A DNA stretch of 57,883 bases from a virus (taxonomy: Duplodnaviria > Caudoviricetes): positions 1 to 57,883 of the IMG/VR virus record IMGVR_UViG_3300028025_002279, one strand, 5' to 3'. A model generated the notes under the pieces. It did no database searches, had not been told where the DNA came from, and worked only from the letters and a program-made list of their open reading frames with translations. Position 1 is the first letter of the stretch, and every line of letters begins with the position of its first letter. Of the stretch, positions 23,553 through 35,000 are shown in pieces. The position numbers and the translations under genes were made by a program.

Positions 23553-26500
23553 TTAAGGGTTATATCTAAATTCTGCGTAAATATTTCCAAATTGTGGCGA
23601 TATAGTATCATCTCCATTTATACCTAAAATTGTAAGCCATACATCATCTTTTGCTCCAGCTGCCATATTAATCCATGATGTTACTAAGATAGTGTTAGTG
23701 ACATTTACTGAAACACTAACCTCACTTGTTCCTATATCCGAATATGAAGAAGCCGTAAATGGTGAGCCAGATATTGCCTGATACCTTAATATAATTTTAC
23801 TTGAACCTGCTCCTGCAGTTGCTTGTTTATTTACTATTAGCCTAACTTGATTATAAGCTGTTAAATCTGCTTGGGTAACAAAACCAGTAGAAGAATCAAA
23901 GAAACTCAAAGCAGAAGGCATAGCTAACCAAGTGTTTGGTGCTTCAGCAGAAAAAGTTATTCTTGTATTTCTACCAACAGATGGATTCGATGTTATAATA
24001 TTACCTACACTATCAAAAGCTAAATAACCTTGAGGTGTACCAGTAAAACTTGATAAACTTGTATATGAATTAAGTTGTAGTTGGCCAGCACCATTTATTT
24101 GAAATTTCTGTGTAGAATAAGTATACATCCTTATTGTTGCAGGATTTAATACAGCATTTCTACCAGTTATAGAAATTCCACTAACCCATCCATTTGTAGA
24201 GCCAGCACTTATCTCATAAGAGTGTGCATCAAAAAATGTATGTATACAGTTTACACTAGATACATCATAAGTATCTAATCTACCATTTGTTAGATTAGCT
24301 GAAATCATTGCTCCAGTTCCTCCACTTGATAATGAACCACCACTAATTTGAACTCTTGCACTTGCTCCTGAACCACCAAGATGAAAATTGCCAGATGTAT
24401 CAAGATTAAAATAAGTTGATGCACCTATTTTCATTTGTATAGAACCGCTATCTTCTGAAAATAATCTTAAACTTCCATTACCTCTATGTGATAAAATAGA
24501 TGAACTATTTGGCCCTATACTTTCACGAATAATCCTAAATCCATAATCTGTATATGTAGTATCTCCTATTAAGTCAATATAAGCAAATCCATTTCCAGTT
24601 CTTCCATTACCAATCTCTAGTCCATACTCAGAGGCACTACCACCAAAACCTATTGTTACAACATTGCTAGTCTCTGATAATATACTATTTCCTATTGTAG
24701 TTCCATTAGGTGTAAACTTAGCTATATAGTTTATTGTTCCACTACCAGTTATACCAGTAATTGTTTCCCAAGTAGGTATAGCACCGAATGCGCCATCTCC
24801 AACCATTGATAAATATTTACGAGTAGTAGTTGTATTTGGTGCTAATCTCTGAGGAGCTCCTGAACTATTAGAATAAATCATATCTCCCAATGATGACATT
24901 GGATTACTCATACCACCTAATCCACTCAATGTATATTGTGGAATGTTTAATGCACCACTAATTGGATTAAATGTAGATTCTCCACTATTTCCAGTAGTCG
25001 TAAGTGTTATCTGTGTTTGTTTTCCGTTAAATGTAGTCCAATCAACTGCTGATAAAAACCCGTTCTGTAGGTTTGAAGCTTGTTGAATTGAGAAAACACC
25101 TGTACCATTATTATATATTAGTGGAGAGGTTGCAGACAAAGAAGTTAATCCTATTGCACCTGTTACATCACTAATAGCTATTGTTGACCAAAATGGAGCA
25201 TCACTATTTACACCATCTCCAGTTTGTGATAAAAACTTTTTAGTTGTTGTTGTGTTACCAGAAAGAGCTAATGGAGCTCCAGCACTATTTGAATAAATAA
25301 TTTGACCAAGAGAAGATGAAAAAGGATTACTCATACCACCCAAACCAACAAGAGTATAAGTTGGTATATTTAGTGTGTTTGCTATAAGACTAGCAGAACC
25401 ATTACTTCCATTTGTAGTTACAGTTAATATTCTATTGTTATAAGCACTATCCCAATTAGCTTGTGATGCTGTAGTAGGCAATGAATAACCTGATGCAAAT
25501 CCTATTGTAATATTACCGCTAGATGTTACAGCAGCACCTACAGTAAATCCTGTTGGGACTGTTGCATTTACACTTGTAACCGTTCCTACTGACCATGACC
25601 TGTCTGAACTTAAGTCTAAAGCAGTTCCGTTTATTGTCAATGTCCTAGAAGAAGTAACTCCTCCTAATCCTGATATTGTATAATTTGGAATATTTAATAC
25701 TCCAGAACTATAAGTTGCTGCTCCACTAGAACCAGTCGTTGTTAAGCTTATTGCAGCTCTAGCTCTAGCATCTGTATAATAAAGGTTGCCACTCTCTGTT
25801 ATGTTTGCAGTAGTAAGAACAACAGCACCAGTCTGTCCATTTACTGAAGTAATTGAGTCTACGTTTGGTATCTTCTCCCAAATACTACCATTAAATATAA
25901 TCCAGTCTCCAACAGCCCAGCTTGATACACCATTTATATTTGTTGTACCAGCTGTTGTGACTACATAGTAATCACCTTGGCTACCAGTGCTTGATACTAT
26001 AGTTGGTGTATTTGTAGATGCATTCCAAGAGCCTTTATAAACAGTACCACCCTGCAATCCATCAATCTGTCCTTGAAGCTTTCCAAAAGCAGATAAGATG
26101 CTATCGGATGATGTTATTGAGCCAGAGCTTATATTTAGTCCAGATAATACTTTTCCTATTACACTTGAATTTACAAGAGTAACCGTAGTTGCTCCTCCAC
26201 CAGAAGAAGTAGCTTCTCCAGTCAATGATGTTATATATGTTGATGTTGGCTGGGTAGAAATATTTCCTGAAGCATCAGTAATTAAAATCCTTGTTCCAAC
26301 ACCAGAAAGATTAGTCAATGTTACAGCACCAGTAATCTTAGCAGCACCTGTAACTTGAAGTCTTTCTCCTGTGCTAAAAGTGCTTCCTAAAAGCAAATTA
26401 CCACCTAGCCAAGTTGAAGTAGTGCTTGCGTTTCCTATCCAACTCCTATTTGATTCTGTAGCACTTATACCTATTGAATCTGCTCCTATAAATATATTAT

Positions 26501-26816
26501 TTGAACCTGTTGTATTTGCTGATGCACCTGTTCCACCTGCTGAATTTCCTATCGCTATATTGAAGTTACCAGTAGTATTAGTAGTTAGTGCATTAGAACC
26601 AATAACAGTATTTCCAGAAATATTACCTCCACCCCTTCCAATAGTTATTCCCTGAACAATTAAATTACCGCTAAATGCAGCAATACCTTCAACATCTAGT
26701 GGATAAGTTGCAACTTTTCCTACGCCAAGTTTTGCTATAAAGGAAGCATTACCTAAAGAATCATAGGTAATTACATTATTTATATTAGAAGTCCTTCTCT
26801 GCTTATTCATTGCCAT
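23553..26816 (-). CDS. tail fibre protein 2
   Basis: G/S/T-rich, YKG.WNA.TN.P, VTSVNG.TG.V.L, three LNIP.YT repeats. Confidence 0.85.
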   Translation of the reverse strand: MAMNKQRRTSNINNVITYDSLGNASFIAKLGVGKVATYPLDVEGIAAFSGNLIVQGITIGRGGGNISGNTVIGSNALTTNTTGNFNIAIGNSAGGTGASANTTGSNNIFIGADSIGISATESNRSWIGNASTTSTWLGGNLLLGSTFSTGERLQVTGAAKITGAVTLTNLSGVGTRILITDASGNISTQPTSTYITSLTGEATSSGGGATTVTLVNSSVIGKVLSGLNISSGSITSSDSILSAFGKLQGQIDGLQGGTVYKGSWNASTNTPTIVSSTGSQGDYYVVTTAGTTNINGVSSWAVGDWIIFNGSIWEKIPNVDSITSVNGQTGAVVLTTANITESGNLYYTDARARAAISLTTTGSSGAATYSSGVLNIPNYTISGLGGVTSSRTLTINGTALDLSSDRSWSVGTVTSVNATVPTGFTVGAAVTSSGNITIGFASGYSLPTTASQANWDSAYNNRILTVTTNGSNGSASLIANTLNIPTYTLVGLGGMSNPFSSSLGQIIYSNSAGAPLALSGNTTTTKKFLSQTGDGVNSDAPFWSTIAISDVTGAIGLTSLSATSPLIYNNGTGVFSIQQASNLQNGFLSAVDWTTFNGKQTQITLTTTGNSGESTFNPISGALNIPQYTLSGLGGMSNPMSSLGDMIYSNSSGAPQRLAPNTTTTRKYLSMVGDGAFGAIPTWETITGITGSGTINYIAKFTPNGTTIGNSILSETSNVVTIGFGGSASEYGLEIGNGRTGNGFAYIDLIGDTTYTDYGFRIIRESIGPNSSSILSHRGNGSLRLFSEDSGSIQMKIGASTYFNLDTSGNFHLGGSGASARVQISGGSLSSGGTGAMISANLTNGRLDTYDVSSVNCIHTFFDAHSYEISAGSTNGWVSGISITGRNAVLNPATIRMYTYSTQKFQINGAGQLQLNSYTSLSSFTGTPQGYLAFDSVGNIITSNPSVGRNTRITFSAEAPNTWLAMPSALSFFDSSTGFVTQADLTAYNQVRLIVNKQATAGAGSSKIILRYQAISGSPFTASSYSDIGTSEVSVSVNVTNTILVTSWINMAAGAKDDVWLTILGINGDDTISPQFGNIYAEFRYNP

Positions 26817-26866
26817 AGGTAATGCATTTATTATACAAATTTAAATAATTATTAAAGAACTCAATT

Positions 26867-27151
26867 TTAGATGATTGTAAGATTTAATTTAGAGGCAATA
26901 TAAACATATGCAGCTTCATTTGAATTATCCCAGTCAATATAGTCTTGACCTTGAATAGAAATAGTTCCTACTGATAGAACATTACCACCTATCTCCACTC
27001 CTTCAGTATCATGTACTACAGCCTCTTTTAGCTCATATTGAAAAGTAGCAGAACTCGCCAAATTATCATAGGTAATTCTTGCATCAAGTTCGGATGCCTG
27101 TTTACTTTGACCGTTGTTCCAGATGCTAACTGGTTGAATGTTAACTCCCAT
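26867..27151 (-). CDS. tail-fibre-associated small protein
   Basis: IQP...A.F.Y.L...G....Y..W..N...Y.A...L.I. Confidence 0.7.
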   Translation of the reverse strand: MGVNIQPVSIWNNGQSKQASELDARITYDNLASSATFQYELKEAVVHDTEGVEIGGNVLSVGTISIQGQDYIDWDNSNEAAYVYIASKLNLTII

Positions 27152-27171
27152 TTTGTATTATATTTTTATTA

Positions 27172-30100
27172 TTAATAAAATGCGTTCCAAGTTGTTCCAT
27201 TATAACCGTAATGTTTATTATCTGTTGTGTCATATACTACTAATCCAGCAGCTGGTGTTGCTATTGCGTTTCTTTCTGTTGTTGTCATTCTTGGAGGAAG
27301 GAAACCTTGAGTAGTAGAATCAACTTGTAATTTAGCTGAAGCATTAATGGTAAAAGTATTAACACCAACATTGCCACTTGAATTTATATAAAATACACTT
27401 GTGCCGATTGTCCCAGCCGTTGCGTTTTGATATATTCCAAATTCATTCGCAGATGCAGCCCATAATGCAACTGCACCAGCACCGCTTGATTGTAATTCTA
27501 TAAATGCATTACCTCCACTATTTCTAAAGTTCGCTACTCTTTGGTTAGCACCCCCTAAGTTACCACCTATTGCAGTGTACCCCGTTATCTTCGCAGTGCC
27601 GTTGACTTGGAGACGTTCGCCGCTGTCGGTGTAAGTACCTCCATTTTGTAATAATAAGTTACCAGTTCCACTAACAAAAGCACCATATTGTGTTGTGCCA
27701 CTAATAAATCTTATTGTACTTGCAGCGGTTATTGATAATCCTCCTAAATTAGTTACTGTAAAACTAGCATCTCCATTATCAGCCGTTCCAGCCCTTGAGA
27801 GTAATAGTGTTACGTTACCCGGTGCTACAAACCTTCCAAGTGTTGCCGTTCCAGTTCCTTGAACATCAAGTTTATACGAAGGATTTGTACCAATACCAAC
27901 ATTACCATTTCTATATAATACAAGTTGATTATCTTGACCACTTGCTTGTAGTTTTAGATTTGTACCAACCCCATCGTCATTCGCATAAATACCCGTTGTT
28001 GTTGCAAGGGTAAAGTTTAAAGCAAGTGAACTTGTAGTACCATTTTTCAATTTTATTGTGTCTGTGAACTTCGCAGTGCCAGTGACTTGTAGACGTTCTC
28101 CGCTATCTACAGCAGCAGCACCTACTCTAAAGTTACCATTAGCATAAAATTTAGCTACCTCTGTTGCGTTTGTTGTTATGATTAAAGGAGTGCTTGTTCT
28201 TGTACCGAAATATGTTTCAGTTGCAGTATTGTTCCAAGATGCTACTCTTGTACCATTAGTCATTAAATCAATATTACCACCATTTGTAGCATTGTTTACT
28301 GCAAGTGTTGTATATCCTGAAATAACTGTTGGCGTGTATGTACCAAATCCAATATTACCAGAGGTATCAATAATCATTCTTATTGCTCCACCTGCAGTTG
28401 TATCACCTATAAAAAATTTATTTGAATCATTACCAGTTGTAGAACCTCCAATACCTAACGTCATTTCCCTACCACTTGCCCCAGTATTCTTAAAAATCAT
28501 ATAAGAATACCCAGCCGTTGAGGTACTTACGATTGTATGAGTCATTAACCCAGCACCAGTCAATGTTGTATTACCTCCAAAAGCAGTCGCCCCCGTCACC
28601 TTCATTGTCCCCGTCACTTGTAGCTTCTCGCCTGAATCGGTTGTGCTGCCGATTAGTAGGTTTGCATTGAAGAAGTTTATTGCAGTACCCCCCATATACA
28701 AGTTCCATCTACCAGTACCACTTGCTATATCACCATAAAATCCATAGTTGGTTGTTGCACCAGTTAAAGAAGAATCAGCATAAAATCCAAACTGATTGGA
28801 CACTGACCCACCAGCAGTTACATTGCTAAATGTTGTAGACGCAAAAGTTGAATAATGCCTTATGTTTGTTAGTGCAAAGTTAGCAGAAGCAGTACTTGCA
28901 TTAGTTTGATATAAAAATGCAGTAGATGTTACATCTGATTGAATAACACCATCACTTGCTATACCATATGATAAAGTTGCACCAGTTATATTTTTTGTTG
29001 CTCTAAATACAAACCCAGTCAAACTTGTACTCCCAATCCCAAATGACCCAGCCATATAGTTGTTGGCAGTGCCCTGTCCATACAATCCCCATCCGCTATT
29101 GTTGCTCCATTCTATACTTCTCCAATCAGCAGCAGCGGTTAGGGTTGGGTTAACGTATAAACCACGAGTAATACCGTTTGCACCTCCCGTTTGGTTAATA
29201 GTACCAAGAACTTGCAACATTGTGTATGTACCCGTTCCGCTTGTTGGTGCGTATCCGTGTGCTAAATTTAAAGTACCACTCGCTCCACTTGTTACTGTTC
29301 TTGTACTTGCATTATATCCACCTATTTGTACACCATATCCAGCAGTATCAAATGAACCAAATAAGATATTTAAATTCAATCCAGCAACATCAACAGTATT
29401 ACCAGCATTGCTTGATACTATATAATTGTTTGTACTTGTCCCAAAAAATAAACCATTTCTTAAAATAGCTGAACCATCATTTCTTAATCTTAATAAGTTT
29501 GTAGATGCACTATCTTGAACAGTTAATCCTATACTCGCACTTGTAGCACCACTTCCCCTCATTAACGTATCACCAATCACTTGTAACTTCTGCCCCGAAT
29601 CAGTCGCACCAGTGCCGATACCGAAGTTGCCAGTAGCGAATATTCTTGCACGTTCAGCTGGAGTGCCAGTAACCGCACCCATAAAAGTTAATGCGTTACT
29701 AAAACCTATTTCAGTTAAACCAGTTCCATTTCTATATCTTCTAAAATATCCATTAACAGTTGCTCCGTCTTCACTTAATGCAAATTGCATTAAAGTTGTT
29801 GCATCTATTGTCCCAAGATTACCTACACGAATTGTTGTAGCCCCAATGAAATCCTTTTGTACTTGTAAATTATCTGCAAAAAATCCAGTACCTTGAACTT
29901 GTAATGCTCTTGTAGGTGCATTTGTCCCTATACCCAATCTAAAATTAGTCGCATCCCAAAACAAGTTATTATTCCCAGCTTGTGTAGTCGCACCAGTGAA
30001 GTATGCAACTTGACCAGCAGCACCACTACCCGTTATCCCAGCATCTGCACTTGGTGCCCATATCGTTCCATTATATTTTAGAACTTGACCAGCAGTAGCA

Positions 30101-31479
30101 CCAGCAGTATCAACATCATGCAGTTCACCAAGTTCCCACCCATTCATTATCTTAACATAAATCTTACCATTATTTTGGTGTGCATATTCTACATAACCAA
30201 TAATAACAATATGATTAGGTCCAGTAGGCTTTATATTTGTAATCGCACCAGCAGTAAAAGGACTTAAATATAGAACATCTCCATCGACCCAAGTCTCTCC
30301 TTGTAAGGAACCTGTTGTATTAATTCCTTCAATCTGACCAACCGTCATTATAAATCCTTCTTGATTAGTAGGTATTGTTTCTATAGCTAATCCAAGTGTA
30401 TCTGCACTATTATTATCATTATTAGCTTGAGCATACGCAATAGCTAATCTTTGCCCTTGCGCACCACTAACTCGAACTGCTTGATAAGCAGCTTTTGTCA
30501 ATGTTGCATTTGGTGTAACTTTATTTACTACTCTTGTCACTAAATCAACACCATTCTTTAATATAACACTACCACCTTTTAAGGTAGTCTCACTACTACC
30601 TATCGAATCATTCCATCTTGTAGTACCAACAGTAGCTACTCCAGTTGGTGATGTATCTAATGTAAATTGACCAGCCTTAATCTCAAATTCACCCAAATCC
30701 ACATTAGCAACAGCACCTGTATATGGTACAAACACTAATCCATTTTGCCATAAACCAGTAGAACTATTATAATAAAGAGCTTGTTTATTTACAAGAGGGC
30801 CTAAACTTACATCACCTAATTCTGCTAAAGTATTAACAGGATTAATCATGCTTGTACTAGGGTCATATATAGTAATATCAATGATGTCGTCTAAAAAAGC
30901 TCCATCATTTAATATAAAAGTATATTCACCTAATGTAGTATATGAATTAGTATTGAGTTTTACACCATTCAGAAATATATCATACAAACCTGAATCAAAA
31001 GGATAAGCTGTAGTAAATGTAGTCTGACCAGCTGTAGCTACAAAGCTTTGTGAATTCCTAACAGCTGCTCCGGGACCCACATTAATCCATTGACCTATAG
31101 CTGCATTATACCTTAAAAGCTGATTGTCAACAAGATTAGTTATAGTTACATCACTCAAATCATTAAGTACAGCAGAAAGTTGTACAAGATTATAAGAAAA
31201 GCCTGCAGCGTCAGAATATATTGGATTTAAAGCACCATAATCATATGCTGCTATTTTAGCAGCTAGCCTCTCAACTACTTTATCTAGCTTTTCTGTTCCT
31301 AAAAACAAATCATCAGCATATTCTACTGATTTCTTATATATAAAGATTATATCTCTCTCATAGTCAAGTGCCTCATTATCCTCAGCAAACATATTATCAT
31401 ATGCAATCTGACCAATTTTATACATGGTCCTGTCTGCCTTAAGAAGGATAGTTCCTATTTGTGGTGCTGTATATGCCAT
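27172..31479 (-). CDS. tail fibre protein 1
   Basis: L.DL.DV repeats, GNVGIGT.P repeats, DSGE.LQV.G junctions, GFLPPRMTT..R.AI C-terminus. Confidence 0.85.
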   Translation of the reverse strand: MAYTAPQIGTILLKADRTMYKIGQIAYDNMFAEDNEALDYERDIIFIYKKSVEYADDLFLGTEKLDKVVERLAAKIAAYDYGALNPIYSDAAGFSYNLVQLSAVLNDLSDVTITNLVDNQLLRYNAAIGQWINVGPGAAVRNSQSFVATAGQTTFTTAYPFDSGLYDIFLNGVKLNTNSYTTLGEYTFILNDGAFLDDIIDITIYDPSTSMINPVNTLAELGDVSLGPLVNKQALYYNSSTGLWQNGLVFVPYTGAVANVDLGEFEIKAGQFTLDTSPTGVATVGTTRWNDSIGSSETTLKGGSVILKNGVDLVTRVVNKVTPNATLTKAAYQAVRVSGAQGQRLAIAYAQANNDNNSADTLGLAIETIPTNQEGFIMTVGQIEGINTTGSLQGETWVDGDVLYLSPFTAGAITNIKPTGPNHIVIIGYVEYAHQNNGKIYVKIMNGWELGELHDVDTAGATAGQVLKYNGTIWAPSADAGITGSGAAGQVAYFTGATTQAGNNNLFWDATNFRLGIGTNAPTRALQVQGTGFFADNLQVQKDFIGATTIRVGNLGTIDATTLMQFALSEDGATVNGYFRRYRNGTGLTEIGFSNALTFMGAVTGTPAERARIFATGNFGIGTGATDSGQKLQVIGDTLMRGSGATSASIGLTVQDSASTNLLRLRNDGSAILRNGLFFGTSTNNYIVSSNAGNTVDVAGLNLNILFGSFDTAGYGVQIGGYNASTRTVTSGASGTLNLAHGYAPTSGTGTYTMLQVLGTINQTGGANGITRGLYVNPTLTAAADWRSIEWSNNSGWGLYGQGTANNYMAGSFGIGSTSLTGFVFRATKNITGATLSYGIASDGVIQSDVTSTAFLYQTNASTASANFALTNIRHYSTFASTTFSNVTAGGSVSNQFGFYADSSLTGATTNYGFYGDIASGTGRWNLYMGGTAINFFNANLLIGSTTDSGEKLQVTGTMKVTGATAFGGNTTLTGAGLMTHTIVSTSTAGYSYMIFKNTGASGREMTLGIGGSTTGNDSNKFFIGDTTAGGAIRMIIDTSGNIGFGTYTPTVISGYTTLAVNNATNGGNIDLMTNGTRVASWNNTATETYFGTRTSTPLIITTNATEVAKFYANGNFRVGAAAVDSGERLQVTGTAKFTDTIKLKNGTTSSLALNFTLATTTGIYANDDGVGTNLKLQASGQDNQLVLYRNGNVGIGTNPSYKLDVQGTGTATLGRFVAPGNVTLLLSRAGTADNGDASFTVTNLGGLSITAASTIRFISGTTQYGAFVSGTGNLLLQNGGTYTDSGERLQVNGTAKITGYTAIGGNLGGANQRVANFRNSGGNAFIELQSSGAGAVALWAASANEFGIYQNATAGTIGTSVFYINSSGNVGVNTFTINASAKLQVDSTTQGFLPPRMTTTERNAIATPAAGLVVYDTTDNKHYGYNGTTWNAFY

Positions 31480-31480
31480 A

Positions 31481-32011
31481 TTAATAGCCTAATGTAAGGT
31501 TATCTACAATATATTTTGCTCTATCAAGACATGCTTGAGATGCCTGAAAATCGTCATCTATAGCAGATTTCTGGGCTGATTCTTTTTCAATCCACAACCT
31601 CATTACATCTTTTACATATTTATAGTTTTTTTCTAATGAAGGATTTATAGACATATTGTAAGCAAATGTATAAAACCCACTCATTGTGTAACATACTAGT
31701 ACAGCTGCATCGGTTTTTGTATATGTTGAACCGGGCTGAGGTGCACTAGATGTGTGAGCTAGAGTTATTTCAAAAGAGTAATCTTTGTCTATATTGGTAA
31801 ACTCTATAGAGTTACCACTAGCAAATGGCCATACATATTGATTGTATACTGTAGTTCCTACAGTTAAATATGTACCATCCGACTTCTGTATTGTTAATCT
31901 TCTAGCTGTAAATGTACCCGTACCCTCTGTAGTATAAACAGAAGTGTCATTTACTGTAAACTTAGTACAGTCTCCTGTTTGGGTTACGGTAAAAGCTGTT
32001 ATAAATGGCAT
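31481..32011 (-). CDS. putative tail/virion structural protein
   Basis: 176 aa between the ejection protein and the fibres; TATATTTG at 32027-34. Confidence 0.7.
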   Translation of the reverse strand: MPFITAFTVTQTGDCTKFTVNDTSVYTTEGTGTFTARRLTIQKSDGTYLTVGTTVYNQYVWPFASGNSIEFTNIDKDYSFEITLAHTSSAPQPGSTYTKTDAAVLVCYTMSGFYTFAYNMSINPSLEKNYKYVKDVMRLWIEKESAQKSAIDDDFQASQACLDRAKYIVDNLTLGY

Positions 32012-32045
32012 AACTTAGTATTTATGCAAATATAACAAATATGGC

Positions 32046-35000
32046 TTACTTCTTGATATAACTATTGTCTGGCAGGTTAAATTTACCTTTGGTTACACCT
32101 AGTTTTACAGCTTGACTAAAGCCCGACTTATTCATAATATCATTGAGTTTCTTAGCTGGAACACCTCCTCTGATAGCAGAATCGTAGTAGTCTTTGATAA
32201 TCTTAATCTGTTCTTTGTACTTATCTACAGCCTCTCTATAAGCATCATTAAGCTCGATACCCTTAACTCCAGCATCTTTAGCTCTTGTATATATGTTCTC
32301 TGTATTCCTCAATCCATCCTTAAATCCAATCTCACTATTCTTGTTAGTATTGTCTACATATATAAATGTCCTAAACTGCTTCTCAAGGTCAACATCGTAT
32401 CTTCTAACAATCTGAGAGTAAGCTTCATTGATTGCCTTCTCGTAGTCACCTTTAGTATAGCTGTCAGCTATCTTTATAGAAGCTCCTACGAATCCCGGAC
32501 CCATTTGTTTTGCAACAAACATTGACTTATCCTGCCACTGCTTCCAAGGCTCATCTTTAGGATTGTATATAGAATTATTTGGATTTGTCATCAACTTATT
32601 AAAGTTATCCAAAACAAAGTCTCTCTGTAACCATGGGTCTAATGCTTCTGACATAGACTCTGATATAGCTTTATTGAATCCTTCCTTATTGTTTATGTTA
32701 GACCAGAATGCATTCCATACTCTCTTCTGGTAGTTGTAAGAATCAAGAGAACCTATATCATAGTAACTAAGTTTACCATTAGCGAAGCTAGTAGGATACT
32801 TGTCTGTATTCTTATTCCAAGGTGCTACAAATCTCTGTATAGCTTTGCTATTCTCTCTTTCTTCATCATCGTCTCCATTCATTACTCCTAACATTCCAGT
32901 AAGTCCAGCTCCTGCAAGAGAGAAGCCATAGTAAACCATAGAAGACAATAATGAATTGTATGCTACAGCTCCAGCTATTCTAGATAGACCTACAGTCTTA
33001 AGTCTAGGGTTACCGCTTAATATTTCCTTTCTAGCCAATGCTAGAGCGTTATACTGAACCCTAACAGATTCTACTGGGAACGATAAGAAGTTTCCTAAGA
33101 ATAGTACCTTACTAAGCACTTTTACCCCTTTAGGAACACGAGTAAATGTTGGATATGTATCCTTAACAATCTCAGATGCTATACCGTCTATATCCTTCTT
33201 TTCTGTCTCACTTAACTTATCATATGCTTTTTGATACTTAGCCTTAGCATATCTGTTTGATTCATTCACGAATCCTAATATCTTGAATAGGTCATCCTCA
33301 ATCTGGTATGCCTTTTCTATAAACTTAGGTATCTGTCTTGTGACAACATCTTTTGCTGTTCCTGATACCTTACCAATCATAGCTTTATTCTTGCCACCAG
33401 CCTTATAAATCTCAGTCAAGAAATCATCTACATTCTCGTTTCTCTTAAAGTATTGCTTTAGTTCTCCTATACCTAATGTATTGTTCAATACACCATATCT
33501 GTTTAGCGTATCCATCATTCTCATTACATCCTTGTCATCACCACCAACAATAGAAGCTCTCATATACTTATAAGCTTCAGGTATATAGTTCCAGTGACCA
33601 TTAGATATTGCAAAACCAGTGTTACCGATTACGTTTTTAATGTGAGTAGCAGGGTTATAAACAGTCTTGAATTTACGTACCCTACCAGCAATTTCTGTAA
33701 TCAATAGCGGTTTGTCATTCTCAGCCTTTTTAAGAGCCTCATATATCTCAGGGAAGGTATACAGTCCATTTAGAGGCTCAAGGCCTTTAGAGCCTTCTCC
33801 TGCTATCTGTACGGTAGCATCTTCTGTCTTGTAATCAAATATAAATTTACCCATACCATACTCCTTCATAGAGTTAAGGTACTGTCTAGAAGATGTAAGA
33901 CTTGCTATCTTAAATATAGATGCGTAGTAATTATATATAGGGTCAGTGTACTCACCCATTAAAGCTCTAAGCTCTGGAGACAATTCTTCATCAGATAGTC
34001 TCTTACCTAGAGATGCAACATTAGTGCTACCTGTAAGACCTCGCTGCATAACATATTCCTCAGCATTTGAAAGTAGCCCATTTGCTTCTATCCTTGCCTG
34101 CTTCATAGCATCCGCTTCAGACAATGAAGGGTTTTGTGCCATTGCTCTATCTACAAGAAACTTAAGTGCAGCATCTACAACAGTTTTATCTACGTTATTT
34201 AGTTTCTTGGCTACATTATCTATGTTAAGCCCCTTACCGTATAACGCTTGTGATATTCCAAACTTATCATTGTAGTCTATAGCCTCATAAGAACGAAGCA
34301 AATACTTACCTTTATTCTCTCTATAGTAGTCTATACTCTCTTGGCTATCTATAACACCTAGCTGTATTAGTCTTTCTGTTAGGTTGTCTACGTGTTGTCT
34401 TGCATTAGACAATGCAACAGCAAGGTCAGTAGGTAGATTACCCTCAACATCTTTACCAGTCATGAAATCCTCTACATCTTTCTTAGATACGCTATTCTTA
34501 TATTTCTTAGTAAGTAATATAGCATCCTTAGCATACTTCTCAGCTGTTGCTAACTCTGCTGATAATTCACCTGCTTTCTTTTCTTTAAGTATAACTCCTT
34601 CCTTACCAAGTACTCCATATCTACCATATTCTTTAGCTGCTAACTTAGTTATACCTACTAAACCTTGTTTAGCTAAGGCTTTTGTTGGGGCTTTCTGGAA
34701 CTGTGGCATACCTGCCTTAACAGATTGTTTGAGCTCAGGAGTTATATCTATTGCTGGTTGAATACCTGATGGTATTTTACTTTCAACAATAGTTCCTTCT
34801 TTTCCTGTAAGTTCTTTGACAACAGCTTTAGCTACTTTACCAACAATACCTACATTCTGTGCATCTCCATAGAATGCATTCATTCCTTTACCGCCAACCT
34901 TTAAACCATCACCTTGCAACCTTAAATCCCCAGCCTTATCTGCTTTTACTTTTTCTGCTATGTCCTTACCGAACATATCTTCTATCTCTTGCAATGATGT

